64,000 bases of DNA, taken from contig JAAEMR010000044.1 of NCBI GenBank assembly GCA_024225395.1, positions 8,132 to 72,131 of the forward strand. The letters are read 5' to 3'. This document shows, one piece after another, positions 20,623-29,968 of the stretch; within the stretch, counting starts at the first letter, position 1; the number at the start of each line of letters is the position of its first letter. The notes below the pieces were generated by a model. It was not told where the DNA came from, ran no database searches, and was given only the letters and a program-made list of their open reading frames with translations. This DNA comes from Gammaproteobacteria bacterium (GTDB lineage Bacteria; Pseudomonadota; Gammaproteobacteria; GCA-001735895). Made by a program: the position numbers and the translations under genes.

Positions 20623-21384
20623 TTGCAGTGGAAGCGTAACCCCTGCTATCAGGCTTTTTGTGGGCTCACGGAGTACCAACCCAGACCGCCCTGTCACAGT
20701 ACCGAACTGGTGCATTTTAGAAAACGCATTGGTAAAGTCGGTATCGAACAGATATTCCAGATGAGTGTACGCCTGCATGGCCGTCTGGCGCAGGAAGATA
20801 CGGTTAATATTGATACCACGGTTCAGGAAAAGAACATCACCTATCCGACGGATGCCAGGCTTGCCATCAAGACCATTAACCACAAGTGTATTGCATCGGT
20901 AAGGGCAAAGATCATAAGCAGTATGAGTATGGCAATAAAGTATCCATCTCCTGTAGTGCAAAAAAGTAACCTGATTGTCGGTGTCGTCAGCCATGAGCTG
21001 AACCTGCATGATATTCATACTCTGCCAGAGGTGTTAAAACACATCGAAGAGTCGAGAGGAAAAGCGGTTAAGACTGCCGTCTGTGATCGAGGCTATCGGG
21101 GTAAAAAGGAAGTCAATGGAACACGTATCATGCTACCGGCAAAAGGGCTGAAAAGAGACAATCGATATCAGCGAGATAAAAAAAGAAAGCAGTGTAAAAG
21201 GCGAGCAGCCATCGAGCCGATCATTGGTCATTTAAAATCAGACTTTCGGCTCTCCAGAAACTTTTTAAAAGGTGTTACAGGTGATGAAATTAATTTGCTG
21301 ATGGCAGCCACTGCCTGGAATCTAAAAAAATGGCTAATCGCCTTTTTTGGGCTGTCATTATTACCCGGAAAAATCTATTTTTAA
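20623..21384 (+). CDS. IS5-family DDE transposase, catalytic part (orfB)
   Basis: Continues orfA in a different frame. DDE_Tnp_1-type features are present (…DTTVQEKNITYPTDARL…AVCDRGYRGK…). The split suggests either a programmed frameshift as in the IS427 group or an inactivating frameshift. Confidence 0.75.
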   Translation: MQWKRNPCYQAFCGLTEYQPRPPCHSTELVHFRKRIGKVGIEQIFQMSVRLHGRLAQEDTVNIDTTVQEKNITYPTDARLAIKTINHKCIASVRAKIISSMSMAIKYPSPVVQKSNLIVGVVSHELNLHDIHTLPEVLKHIEESRGKAVKTAVCDRGYRGKKEVNGTRIMLPAKGLKRDNRYQRDKKRKQCKRRAAIEPIIGHLKSDFRLSRNFLKGVTGDEINLLMAATAWNLKKWLIAFFGLSLLPGKIYF

Positions 21385-21995
21385 TAAAAATTTAGCCTGT
21401 CAGAAAAAGATGGAAAGAATATTCGGGCCTGGCTTACCAGCCTGGAATTTGGAGGAATATCAATCAGCCCCAATTCTTTTTTCAGGGCTGACTAAATACT
21501 AAAATCAAAGAATCTGTGCTGTTAAACAGGGATGTGCTTATGCTGCGAGGCCAGGGGAAGAGAGCCATCGCGAGGGTCGGATCAGCGAGAGTAAAGAGTT
21601 ATTCCCCCATTTTTTCAAGCAGCAGTTGGTTATTGCAAAAATTGAGGAGCTAGAGATGGCAGTCTCCATGGTCCGTAATTTTAGTCACAACTATACAGAT
21701 CTGTCTATCTGGGCGTAGCGGCATGCATCGCACCTTGCTCCCTTTTTAAATTATTACTATTTTGCCAAATGGATTGTATTTTGCAAATTGGGAATCAGGT
21801 TTATTGATTGTGTTGGTCAATTAGGAGTATATCTGAAAACTAGGATATCTACTCGGCAACTGCTCCATACGCTACTCACCAACGTTATGGCGGACTATGC
21901 TCGGACAGACTGTCTTCATAAAATACAGTTATATTAATAGTGGAATAATTCTTGCTTATTTCCATATTGCATATATTAAAAAAGGAAGTCATTTA

Positions 21996-22745
21996 ATGAA
22001 AAGCCCAGCTATATTTGCAACGCCAAGAATCTTCCATTCATCAAATGGATGGTTTATTGACTTGCGTCCAAGTGATCGTCAGTTCAGACTCAATGTACCC
22101 CATGTAGACGATGGCAAGACATTGTCTGCAGGCCCATTTATAACAAAAAATGAGTTGGAAAGCTGGTTTGATTTTTTTATTGCAACCCATCGAAATAAAC
22201 GCTTTGAAGCTACAGAAATACCCGATGAGTTGAAAATTCCAAGTTTTTCTAGAAGCCTGAAACTGGTAAATAAGCACACAATCTCTCATGCTAAACCTAT
22301 TGTTAATAAGTTGATTAATCTGAAAGAGACACCAAAGTCAATTGATGGTTTAGTGGGGGCTCGTATTTTACTGATTGATGATTGTATCTCCTTTCAGCGC
22401 TTGACAGTTGCAATGTTGAAAAAGGTTGGGATTAAATCAGTGAAGGTTGCTCCAACCCTGGCCGAAGGGTTACATCAGCTCTATTACAATCAAACTGAAT
22501 TTGCTCGACCAGAGTTCGATCTGGTTCTTATGGATGTCAATCTCCCTGATGGGAATGGTATGCAAGGGTGTGAGTTCGCTACTCGGCATGCTTCCTCTCA
22601 TGATATACCGGTTATTATTGTTACAGGGGGGGCTGAGCAAAAAACTATCGACTGCGCATTTGAGGCGGGGGCCAGTGATTTTATGCAAAAACCTCTGGTA
22701 GGTCGTCATTTAAAAGATAGAATCGAGGTGTTGTTAAAAGGATGA
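21996..22745 (+). CDS. Response regulator with a C-terminal receiver (REC) domain and an N-terminal domain of unknown function
   Basis: REC motifs (ILLIDD…, LVLMDVNLPDGNG, phospho-acceptor Asp context, …IIVTGG). ATG at 21996 with a GGAAG ribosome-binding site is preferred over the track's upstream start at 21897. Confidence 0.6.
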   Translation: MKSPAIFATPRIFHSSNGWFIDLRPSDRQFRLNVPHVDDGKTLSAGPFITKNELESWFDFFIATHRNKRFEATEIPDELKIPSFSRSLKLVNKHTISHAKPIVNKLINLKETPKSIDGLVGARILLIDDCISFQRLTVAMLKKVGIKSVKVAPTLAEGLHQLYYNQTEFARPEFDLVLMDVNLPDGNGMQGCEFATRHASSHDIPVIIVTGGAEQKTIDCAFEAGASDFMQKPLVGRHLKDRIEVLLKG

Positions 22746-22939
22746 TCATAATACAAGTTGTATATACCTAATCTACCTGAAAACGGTTGCTTCAGCCTGC
22801 CTAATTAAGTGCAGCTCTTCGAAGTATAATAAGTAGAATAACCGCAACACCCATGCATATCAATCCACAAAAAAACAGCCCTGACTCTGTTCTTTAGCAG
22901 ATTAGTTAATAATTTTATCCCGGGGTATGCAGGCATTGA

Positions 22940-25780
22940 TTACCTGGAATTTTTATTGATGATTTCCTCAAGAGGTTGCGGTAAACCAAGGCCGTAACCC
23001 TGGGCATAATCAACACCGATTGCTCTTAACAATTCGACAATTTCATCGTTTTCGACAAACTCGGCTATTGTTTTCATGCCCATCACTTGACCGATTTCAT
23101 TAATCGATTTGACCATGGCATAGTCGACCGAATCATCAACGATATCCTTCACGAACATACCATCTATTTTCAGGTAATCCACCGGCAAGTTTTTAAGGTA
23201 ACCAAAAGATGAAATACCGCTGCCAAAATCATCCAGTGAAAAACGAAACCCGGATTGCTTCAATAGCTTGATAAATTTAACCGCCGAATCCAGGTTGGAA
23301 ATAGCCACGGTTTCGGTTACTTCAAAACATATCTTTTCTGGCGGGATGCGACTATTCCTGAAATTTACCAGTACCGATTTGAGGAAATCCTGGTTATTGA
23401 GGGTGTGTCCGGAAAGGTTGATGGACAGGGAATCTACCCATCTCACAAATTCCGGATACTGTGCCAGAATTTTACAGACATGGTTGACCACCCAGGAATC
23501 CACTCTTTCCATCAGGTTATAACGTTCTGCGGCAGGCAAAAATGAGCCTGGTGAAATGACTCTACCACGGTTATCAAGCATTCGTATCAGCAATTCATAA
23601 TGATGCTGGGATTTCCCATCAAGTGGAACTATGGGTTGCGCGTAAAGACAGAATCGATCCTCATCGAGTGCTTGTCTGATTCTTCCAACCCATTGCATTT
23701 CTCCGTGGCGGAGGGCAAATATGGTATCATCAGGGTGGTAGGTGTGAATACGGTTTCGCCCCAGATCTTTGGCCAGATAGCAGGCTGCATCCGCCTGCTT
23801 GAACAGGTCAGTATACTTACCTGTGTTCTCGGTAATAGCGACCAGCCCGATACTGACTCCTATACGGAATACCTTTCTTTCCCAGATGAACTGGTAATCC
23901 GTGATTGAGTTGAGAATATCATTGGCTACCCGACTGGCCTGCTGGAGTGAGCAGTCTTTCATTAATACTCCAAACTCATCACCACCAAGCCTTGCCAGAG
24001 CATCATGTTTCCTGACCGTTTTTTGTAGTAGTTTTCCTACCTGGCGTAATAGCTCATCACCGGAGGTGTGGCCGCAGGTATCATTGATAACCTTGAACTG
24101 GTCAAGGTCCAGAAAGCACATGGCATGCTCAACTCTTTCATTCTGCGCATTTTCCAGCAATAAGCTGACCTGTTGCTCAAAGTAATGGCGATTGATCAGC
24201 CCGGTCAGGATATCATGGTGGGCATGGTGGTTAAGTTGTTCGGTGAGATAATGTTCCTGGGTGACATCTTCCTGAATAGAGATAAAGTGAGTGATACTTC
24301 CATCTTTATCCATCAGGCAGGATATGGATACGCGATCCCAGTAAAGCCTGCCATCTTTTTTACGGTTATGTATTTCGCCTTTCCATTCCCGACCGGAGAG
24401 AATGGTGTTCCAAAGGTCGGCATACAGGCTGTCCGGATTTTCCCCGGAATTTAGAATACTGGGACTACTGCCCACCACTTCTTCACTGGTATATCCGGTA
24501 GTCTCGATAAATTTCGGATTGACATACCGGATGATGCCTTTGGCGTCCGTGATTAAAACCATGACCGAGCTGGCTTCGACGGCGCGCTGAAATACCCTGA
24601 GGTTGTCTTCTGCCTGGCTAAGCAGGGTGATATCGGTAAAAGTGCTGTACACCTGGTAGGGTTTGCTTTCACCCGGTCTGATTTGCGGAAAGGCATTTAT
24701 CACTATCCAGCGATGTTTACTTTCGTTCGGATTACAAATACCCATTAAGGCATTCCTGACTTCCTTTTTAGTACGCAGGGCTTCCATCCCGGGGTGAGTA
24801 TCTCCCGGGTAATCCTCACCATTAACATGGATAGCTTTCCATCTTGGATCTATCGATTTTCTGCCTAGCATCTGATTGAGAGTTAATCCGAGTATCTCTT
24901 CTGCGGCGCGGTTTGCCGAGGTTATCTGACCATCCGCATTCTGATAGACGACCCCTTGTACCATGGTGTCATACAGGCTTCGGTACATGTGTTCACTTTT
25001 GGAAAGATCTTCGTGGGCAGATTCTAGATTTCTTACATCGTTTTCCAGAGTGGTTCTCATTCGGTTAAATGAGTTGACAACGGTATCAAGTTCATCCGAG
25101 AAATCTTGTTTTTTCCTGTCCAGAAAGAGTGGTGTATCAAGCTGACCTATGTTGAAATCATGTAGAAACTCGCTGATCTTCCCGAGGTGGCGGGTAACCA
25201 CGATCTCTACGATGAAAAAAAAGGCCAACGATACAATGAAGATCTGCAGACCATGGATCAGCAAGATCAGGAAAAAGCGATCTTTTGTACGGTCCAGGTG
25301 GATACTCAGATCACTGATAAGCTTGAGTGTACCCAGGTGATACTTTGACCCGGAGTGGTACAGTTCTTTTTGATGTGTATTGCTAATGCTATCATCGATT
25401 TGCGAACCAATCTGGTAGTGTTCACCGTAACTGGTTTGCAGTTCAACTCTCTGGATATCGGGTAGAGACAGTATGCTTTCAAGCTGCACATTGATGAGTT
25501 CATTGTCGAGCGTCCATATACTCAGAGCCAATGCAGGGATATGACTTTCCTCGATAGCGAGAATACGGTTGCTCTGAAATTTTATATCCTTTTGATACTC
25601 GGCATAGAGTTGAAATCCGGTAGAAATCAGGGTAAAGGTCACACTGGTGATTACTATCAATTTTAGCAGTTTAAAATTGATGCTTTTATAAAAAAATTTT
25701 CCTGATAACAATCTACTATGGTCGTTTGTCTTATGCTCCTTTGGATTGGTATTTAAAGAATTTTGCAATAGTTTACTCAC
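22940..25780 (-). CDS. Membrane sensor protein with PAS, GGDEF and EAL domains (c-di-GMP cyclase/phosphodiesterase)
   Basis: 946 aa. TM plus periplasmic N-terminus, PAS segments, a GGDEF motif (RLGGDEFGVL) and an EAL-domain C-terminus. Confidence 0.85.
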   Translation of the reverse strand: MSKLLQNSLNTNPKEHKTNDHSRLLSGKFFYKSINFKLLKLIVITSVTFTLISTGFQLYAEYQKDIKFQSNRILAIEESHIPALALSIWTLDNELINVQLESILSLPDIQRVELQTSYGEHYQIGSQIDDSISNTHQKELYHSGSKYHLGTLKLISDLSIHLDRTKDRFFLILLIHGLQIFIVSLAFFFIVEIVVTRHLGKISEFLHDFNIGQLDTPLFLDRKKQDFSDELDTVVNSFNRMRTTLENDVRNLESAHEDLSKSEHMYRSLYDTMVQGVVYQNADGQITSANRAAEEILGLTLNQMLGRKSIDPRWKAIHVNGEDYPGDTHPGMEALRTKKEVRNALMGICNPNESKHRWIVINAFPQIRPGESKPYQVYSTFTDITLLSQAEDNLRVFQRAVEASSVMVLITDAKGIIRYVNPKFIETTGYTSEEVVGSSPSILNSGENPDSLYADLWNTILSGREWKGEIHNRKKDGRLYWDRVSISCLMDKDGSITHFISIQEDVTQEHYLTEQLNHHAHHDILTGLINRHYFEQQVSLLLENAQNERVEHAMCFLDLDQFKVINDTCGHTSGDELLRQVGKLLQKTVRKHDALARLGGDEFGVLMKDCSLQQASRVANDILNSITDYQFIWERKVFRIGVSIGLVAITENTGKYTDLFKQADAACYLAKDLGRNRIHTYHPDDTIFALRHGEMQWVGRIRQALDEDRFCLYAQPIVPLDGKSQHHYELLIRMLDNRGRVISPGSFLPAAERYNLMERVDSWVVNHVCKILAQYPEFVRWVDSLSINLSGHTLNNQDFLKSVLVNFRNSRIPPEKICFEVTETVAISNLDSAVKFIKLLKQSGFRFSLDDFGSGISSFGYLKNLPVDYLKIDGMFVKDIVDDSVDYAMVKSINEIGQVMGMKTIAEFVENDEIVELLRAIGVDYAQGYGLGLPQPLEEIINKNSR

Positions 25781-26756
25781 TTAGTTTTTTATCATCCAAA
25801 CTTGTGCAATTCGAATCAGCCAGCCATTTTTTCCAGGTCGAGCTGTTAACCGAAAGCCATTGCTGTGCGGCCTCTTCATAATCAAGACCATTGACTTCCA
25901 CCAGTGCGGCAGCATTGGCAATCTGCTTATTACTGAAACTGATGTATTTCAACAGTGTCATAGCACAAGGCCAGGTTGTGGGGAAATTTGTGGATACTGC
26001 TTTTTTAAGCCAGCCATTTTTTGGGTTGCCACAATCCCAATTAAGTTGCTTATTGATTCCCCAGGAGTTCTGGGTTTCGCAGGCCAGTTGGTAAGCCGGA
26101 AATTCGACAAATTCTCCCTCGTAAACAGACTCTATCCAGTTGGGCGTCCAGTTGAAGATCAGGACGGGTTTTTTAGCCTGGATGGCTGTTTCAAGTTTGT
26201 TGCGTAATGCATTGCTGTCCTTTAGTAAAACCACTTCGAAAGGCAGACCAAGTGCTCGGACTCTGGCATGGTCAGGTTTTTCCCATGGCCCGGTATAATA
26301 TTTACCCTTTGAGCCACCACTGCCGGAGAATATCTCACTACAGTTTTTAAGGGCATGCCAGTCGGGAAGTCCCGGGCATTTTTCTCTGACATAGGAAGGA
26401 AACCACCACTCTTCACGTGTCTGGGCGGCATGATCACCCGCGCTGAGAATCAGTTTTCGATCCAGTAATCGATTGAAGTCATTAGCCATACTTCCTTGCC
26501 AGACTTCGACCTGCAGGTTGGCCTTTTTACTGCTTAGTAAAAACCACTGGCTAATAGAAGTCTCTGCAAGGTAAGTAACCGAATACCCGGTTTTTTGCAG
26601 AAGCAGGCCTACGATATGTGAAACAACCACCTGGCTGGTCCAGTCCAGTGTCAGGATTTTTATAGCGGGTGATTTTGCATATAGGGAAGCCGGGGGCAGG
26701 ACTGTGAGTACTGCTATTAAAGTTACCTGTATTAGTTTGTGAACAAAGATGTGCAT
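25773..26756 (-). CDS. Periplasmic substrate-binding protein (glycine-betaine/ProX-like family), coupled to the downstream GGDEF/EAL sensor
   Basis: Signal peptide. 327 aa. Shares an 8-bp overlap with the start of the sensor gene. Confidence 0.55.
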   Translation of the reverse strand: MHIFVHKLIQVTLIAVLTVLPPASLYAKSPAIKILTLDWTSQVVVSHIVGLLLQKTGYSVTYLAETSISQWFLLSSKKANLQVEVWQGSMANDFNRLLDRKLILSAGDHAAQTREEWWFPSYVREKCPGLPDWHALKNCSEIFSGSGGSKGKYYTGPWEKPDHARVRALGLPFEVVLLKDSNALRNKLETAIQAKKPVLIFNWTPNWIESVYEGEFVEFPAYQLACETQNSWGINKQLNWDCGNPKNGWLKKAVSTNFPTTWPCAMTLLKYISFSNKQIANAAALVEVNGLDYEEAAQQWLSVNSSTWKKWLADSNCTSLDDKKLSE

Positions 26757-27007
26757 AAAAAAGATGTGCTTAAAAAAATGTAAGTTTGAACAGGTAACTT
26801 CTTAACCTATTCCCGATACACTAATCATTAAAAAAACTGCCTGAAAATCATGAATTTCCATTTTATAGCACAGAAACTCATAAATGAAAGGCAGAGTCAA
26901 GCATCTCGCGTTACATTCCTGATGGATCCAGCGGTTTACCACGATAGCAGCAATTACAAAAGAATGTATTTTTTTAGTAGATATACTGGCACTATATATG
27001 CTCATTT

Positions 27008-27055
27008 CTCTGTATTTTCTAATAAACATTATTCTGTATTTTCTAATAAATATTA
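27008..27055 (+). promoter_or_regulatory. Tandem 24-bp direct repeat in the promoter region of the LuxR-type response regulator operon
   Basis: TCTGTATTTTCTAATAAACATTAT / TCTGTATTTTCTAATAAATATTAT, about 140 bp upstream of the 27194 start. Coordinates are approximate. Confidence 0.3.
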
Positions 27056-27193
27056 TGTGGTACTATTCGTTTTTTTTTATGTATTTCGTCAGTAAATAAT
27101 ATGTTTGTTTGCGGCCAACAAGTTAGAGCTTTAGGTGCATATTCTCAATGTAGAAAGTTTGACTGGCTTTCGGCTTAGATTGAACGCATATTA

Positions 27194-27847
27194 ATGACTC
27201 AAAGAAAGCGTGTTTTAATTGTTGAAGATGATGAACTCACTGGAGCCAGGCTGAGTGATGCTATCATAGAATGTAATTACTCACTTGCCGGGCTTTTTAC
27301 TACTTTAAAACAGGCGAAAGCAGGCTTACAAAAAGCAAAGCCGGATGTGTTACTGATTGACCTGGGCTTGCCCGATGGCAGTGGTATCGAATTAATCCGT
27401 GTTGCCAACAACCTGTTTGCTGAATTACGTATTATGGTCATCAGTGTATTTGCAGATGAACGACATGTTATTGATGCCATTGAAGCTGGCGCAAATGGTT
27501 ATCTGCTTAAGGATGGTGACGTAAGCCAAATCAAGGATAGCATTGAGCAGTTAATCAACGGAGGCTCCCCCATCACTCCATCTGTTGCCATTTACCTGTT
27601 GAAACGTTTTCAGGGGACAGAATCTATAAATGATAAAAAAACATCAAGTTTGAGTTTAACCAACCGTGAACAGGATGTATTAAAACTAATTGCCAGAGGC
27701 TTAACCTATGCAGAAATTAGCATCAATCTACAGCTATCAGTTAACACCATCCGTGTTCATATGAAAAACTTATTTCGTAAACTGGCTGTTACCTCTCGTA
27801 GTGAAGCAGTATTTGAAGCGGTCGAAAAAGGCATTTTAAGAATGTAA
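27194..27847 (+). CDS. Two-component response regulator, NarL/FixJ (LuxR HTH) family
   Basis: REC domain (VLIVEDDEL…LLIDLGLPDGSG) plus a C-terminal LuxR-type HTH (LTNREQDVLKLIARGLTYAEISINLQLSVNTIRVHMKNLFRKL). Confidence 0.85.
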   Translation: MTQRKRVLIVEDDELTGARLSDAIIECNYSLAGLFTTLKQAKAGLQKAKPDVLLIDLGLPDGSGIELIRVANNLFAELRIMVISVFADERHVIDAIEAGANGYLLKDGDVSQIKDSIEQLINGGSPITPSVAIYLLKRFQGTESINDKKTSSLSLTNREQDVLKLIARGLTYAEISINLQLSVNTIRVHMKNLFRKLAVTSRSEAVFEAVEKGILRM

Positions 27848-27854
27848 TTTCAAA

Positions 27855-29792
27855 ATGATAAATCTGAATACCAGTAATCGACACTGGGTACATATTGCCC
27901 TAAGTCTGGTTGTACTTACTTTTTTTATCAGCATTTTCTCAATCCTGAATCAACAGCCACTTCCTGAAAAATCATATGCCATTGACAGTACTAAATCCAT
28001 ATTTTCAGACAGTGAAACTGTGCCACCCGATCAAAATCAATGGAAAGATACTCCGCTTCCCGATGACTGGTCCAGATCGGCTGAAGGTATATATAAATGG
28101 TATCGATTTGAACTACCTGTTTCAGCAGTAACTTCACCGTTAGCTATCTACCTGACTTATACAACCCGACCAGCAAGTGTTTTCATCAATAACCATTTAC
28201 AGTTTAAAACTGAAGTAAGTCCGGCAACAACGGCTCGAACCTGGGGGCAACCTCAATTTGTCAGGTTATATAATATTGAACCCGACAAATTACTGCACAA
28301 CCAATCACCTAAAAAACTAACGGTCAATATCATGTTGGCTACCAACCAGAGTAACTCAGGCATGTTGGGAGATATTTTTATTGGTCCTGAAAAAAATTTA
28401 TTTGAAGCTTTTAATAAGGCTTTTTTTATAAAAGTTACGTTAGTAAAACTACTTGTATTTGCTATGGTTCTTAGCAGTCTATTTGTTGTCATGTTGTGGA
28501 TATTTCGACGAAATGAAACCATTTATGCATTTTATGCAATAGCTGTTTTTCTATGGGCGATCTATAGCTTCAGCCATATACCATTACAGTTACCCTTTTC
28601 CAGTCATGTTTGGGAATGGCTACGCTGTAGTTCAATGGTATTCTGGTCAATAACAATTAGTTTGTTCTGTAATCGATTTTTAAATTCACCTCAACCTAAA
28701 ATTGAAAAGCTATTGGTTTTACATGCTACGTTAATCTCCTTTATCCTCATTTTTATTGATGAAAACTCCTTGTACTGGCTTGGTGATTTCTTTTTTCCTG
28801 CCTATGCAACTGTTCTTGGTTTATACCCTTCATATCGAATGCTTTCAGCAACATTCAAACGGAAAAGCCCCTATCTAACCTGGCTGACAATGTGTGGCAT
28901 GATGGTGATGTTGCTAGCCGCTCATGATATTACCGTTATGGCTCACTGGATGGAGCCCTGGAAAGGACTTTATCTACACTATTCTGCATTAGTACTTTTA
29001 TCAGTTTTTAATATAATTTTGATAAAACGATTTGTCAGCACATTAAATGAAGTTGAAGCTCTCAATACTAGCCTTGAACAACGAGTTGAAAAAAAGACTC
29101 AGGAGCTGAAAGCAAATTATGAACAACTCCATCACATGCAACGAGAAAAAGATTTAATTTTTGAGCGCGAAAGGATTATGCAGGATATGCATGATGGCAT
29201 TGGAGGTTCACTGGTTTCTATGCGTGCAGCACTGGAAGGAGGAAGCTGGAATGAGCAGGATATTTGTGATGGACTGGGAACTGCTCTTGACGACCTGTAT
29301 CTGATGATTCATTCACTGGATCCATACGATGCGGATCTATCTCTGGCTCTGGGTTCCATTCGCCGCACACTGGAAAATCGGTTAAGACGTACTGAAATTA
29401 ATCTACATTGGGTTATTCAGGATATGCCCTCTATACAGGGTTTAAGTCCGGCAATCGTACTCTCTATTATGCGAATAATGCAGGAGGCAATTGCCAATAT
29501 CATCAAACATTCTAATGCCAGTGAAGTGATTATTCGCATCCCTGATAACTTGCCTGATATCAAGGGTATACCTGATCCAACGGTCGTCATACTTTCCATC
29601 ACAGACAATGGCTGTGGTTTCAACCCAGCCAATTTCCATCATCATGCTAATATTTCACATCACAATGGAAAAGCTCATTATGGGCTATCCGGTATGCAAA
29701 GCCGTGCTAATAAAGCAGGAATACAGCTTTCTATTCAATCAGAAAATTCTGGAACCCGTGTACAATTAATCATTCCAATTCTACTGGGCTGA
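27855..29792 (+). CDS. Sensor histidine kinase with 7TMR-DISM extracellular and 7TM domains and a HisKA_3/HATPase core
   Basis: N-terminal periplasmic domain followed by a 7-TM block. HisKA_3-type H-box (ERERIMQDMHDGIGGSL) and ATPase motifs. Lies 8 nt downstream of the response regulator gene. Confidence 0.8.
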   Translation: MINLNTSNRHWVHIALSLVVLTFFISIFSILNQQPLPEKSYAIDSTKSIFSDSETVPPDQNQWKDTPLPDDWSRSAEGIYKWYRFELPVSAVTSPLAIYLTYTTRPASVFINNHLQFKTEVSPATTARTWGQPQFVRLYNIEPDKLLHNQSPKKLTVNIMLATNQSNSGMLGDIFIGPEKNLFEAFNKAFFIKVTLVKLLVFAMVLSSLFVVMLWIFRRNETIYAFYAIAVFLWAIYSFSHIPLQLPFSSHVWEWLRCSSMVFWSITISLFCNRFLNSPQPKIEKLLVLHATLISFILIFIDENSLYWLGDFFFPAYATVLGLYPSYRMLSATFKRKSPYLTWLTMCGMMVMLLAAHDITVMAHWMEPWKGLYLHYSALVLLSVFNIILIKRFVSTLNEVEALNTSLEQRVEKKTQELKANYEQLHHMQREKDLIFERERIMQDMHDGIGGSLVSMRAALEGGSWNEQDICDGLGTALDDLYLMIHSLDPYDADLSLALGSIRRTLENRLRRTEINLHWVIQDMPSIQGLSPAIVLSIMRIMQEAIANIIKHSNASEVIIRIPDNLPDIKGIPDPTVVILSITDNGCGFNPANFHHHANISHHNGKAHYGLSGMQSRANKAGIQLSIQSENSGTRVQLIIPILLG

Positions 29793-29968
29793 CACTTCAG
29801 CGTAAAAGTTTTAAATAAATTCAAATATCACATATTCATGTGAAAGACATCAGAATAGATTAACCATAGAATGATAATAATTTAAAATAATAATAACTCA
29901 GCATTGAAAGCAATAACTTTTCTAACTCTGCTGCAGGTTTTTTTTACAAAGCAGCCAAGGGCAGTCAG

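Larger units (their letters stand above)
20256..21495 (+). mobile_element. IS5-family insertion sequence (about 1.24 kb) with 18-bp terminal inverted repeats
   Basis: TTAGTCAGCCCTGAAAAA at about 20256, and its reverse complement TTTTTCAGGGCTGACTAA ending at about 21495. The repeats bracket two consecutive transposase ORFs. Confidence 0.75.

Noticed and set aside
20584-21018. 144-aa ORF antisense to the IS5 transposase
   Set aside because: It is fully embedded in the opposite strand of a well-supported transposase gene and has no family resemblance.
22860-22885. AAAAAAACAGCCCTGACT resembling the IS5 terminal repeat (AGTCAGCCCTGAAAAA)
   Set aside because: Only an 8-nt core is shared, and orientation and spacing do not fit a solo IR. 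It is probably coincidental.
26850-27095. 81-aa ORF upstream of the response regulator gene
   Set aside because: Its odd repetitive peptide (FSVFSNKHYSVFSNKYY) is produced by the 24-bp direct DNA repeat in an AT-rich promoter region, so it is unlikely to be coding.
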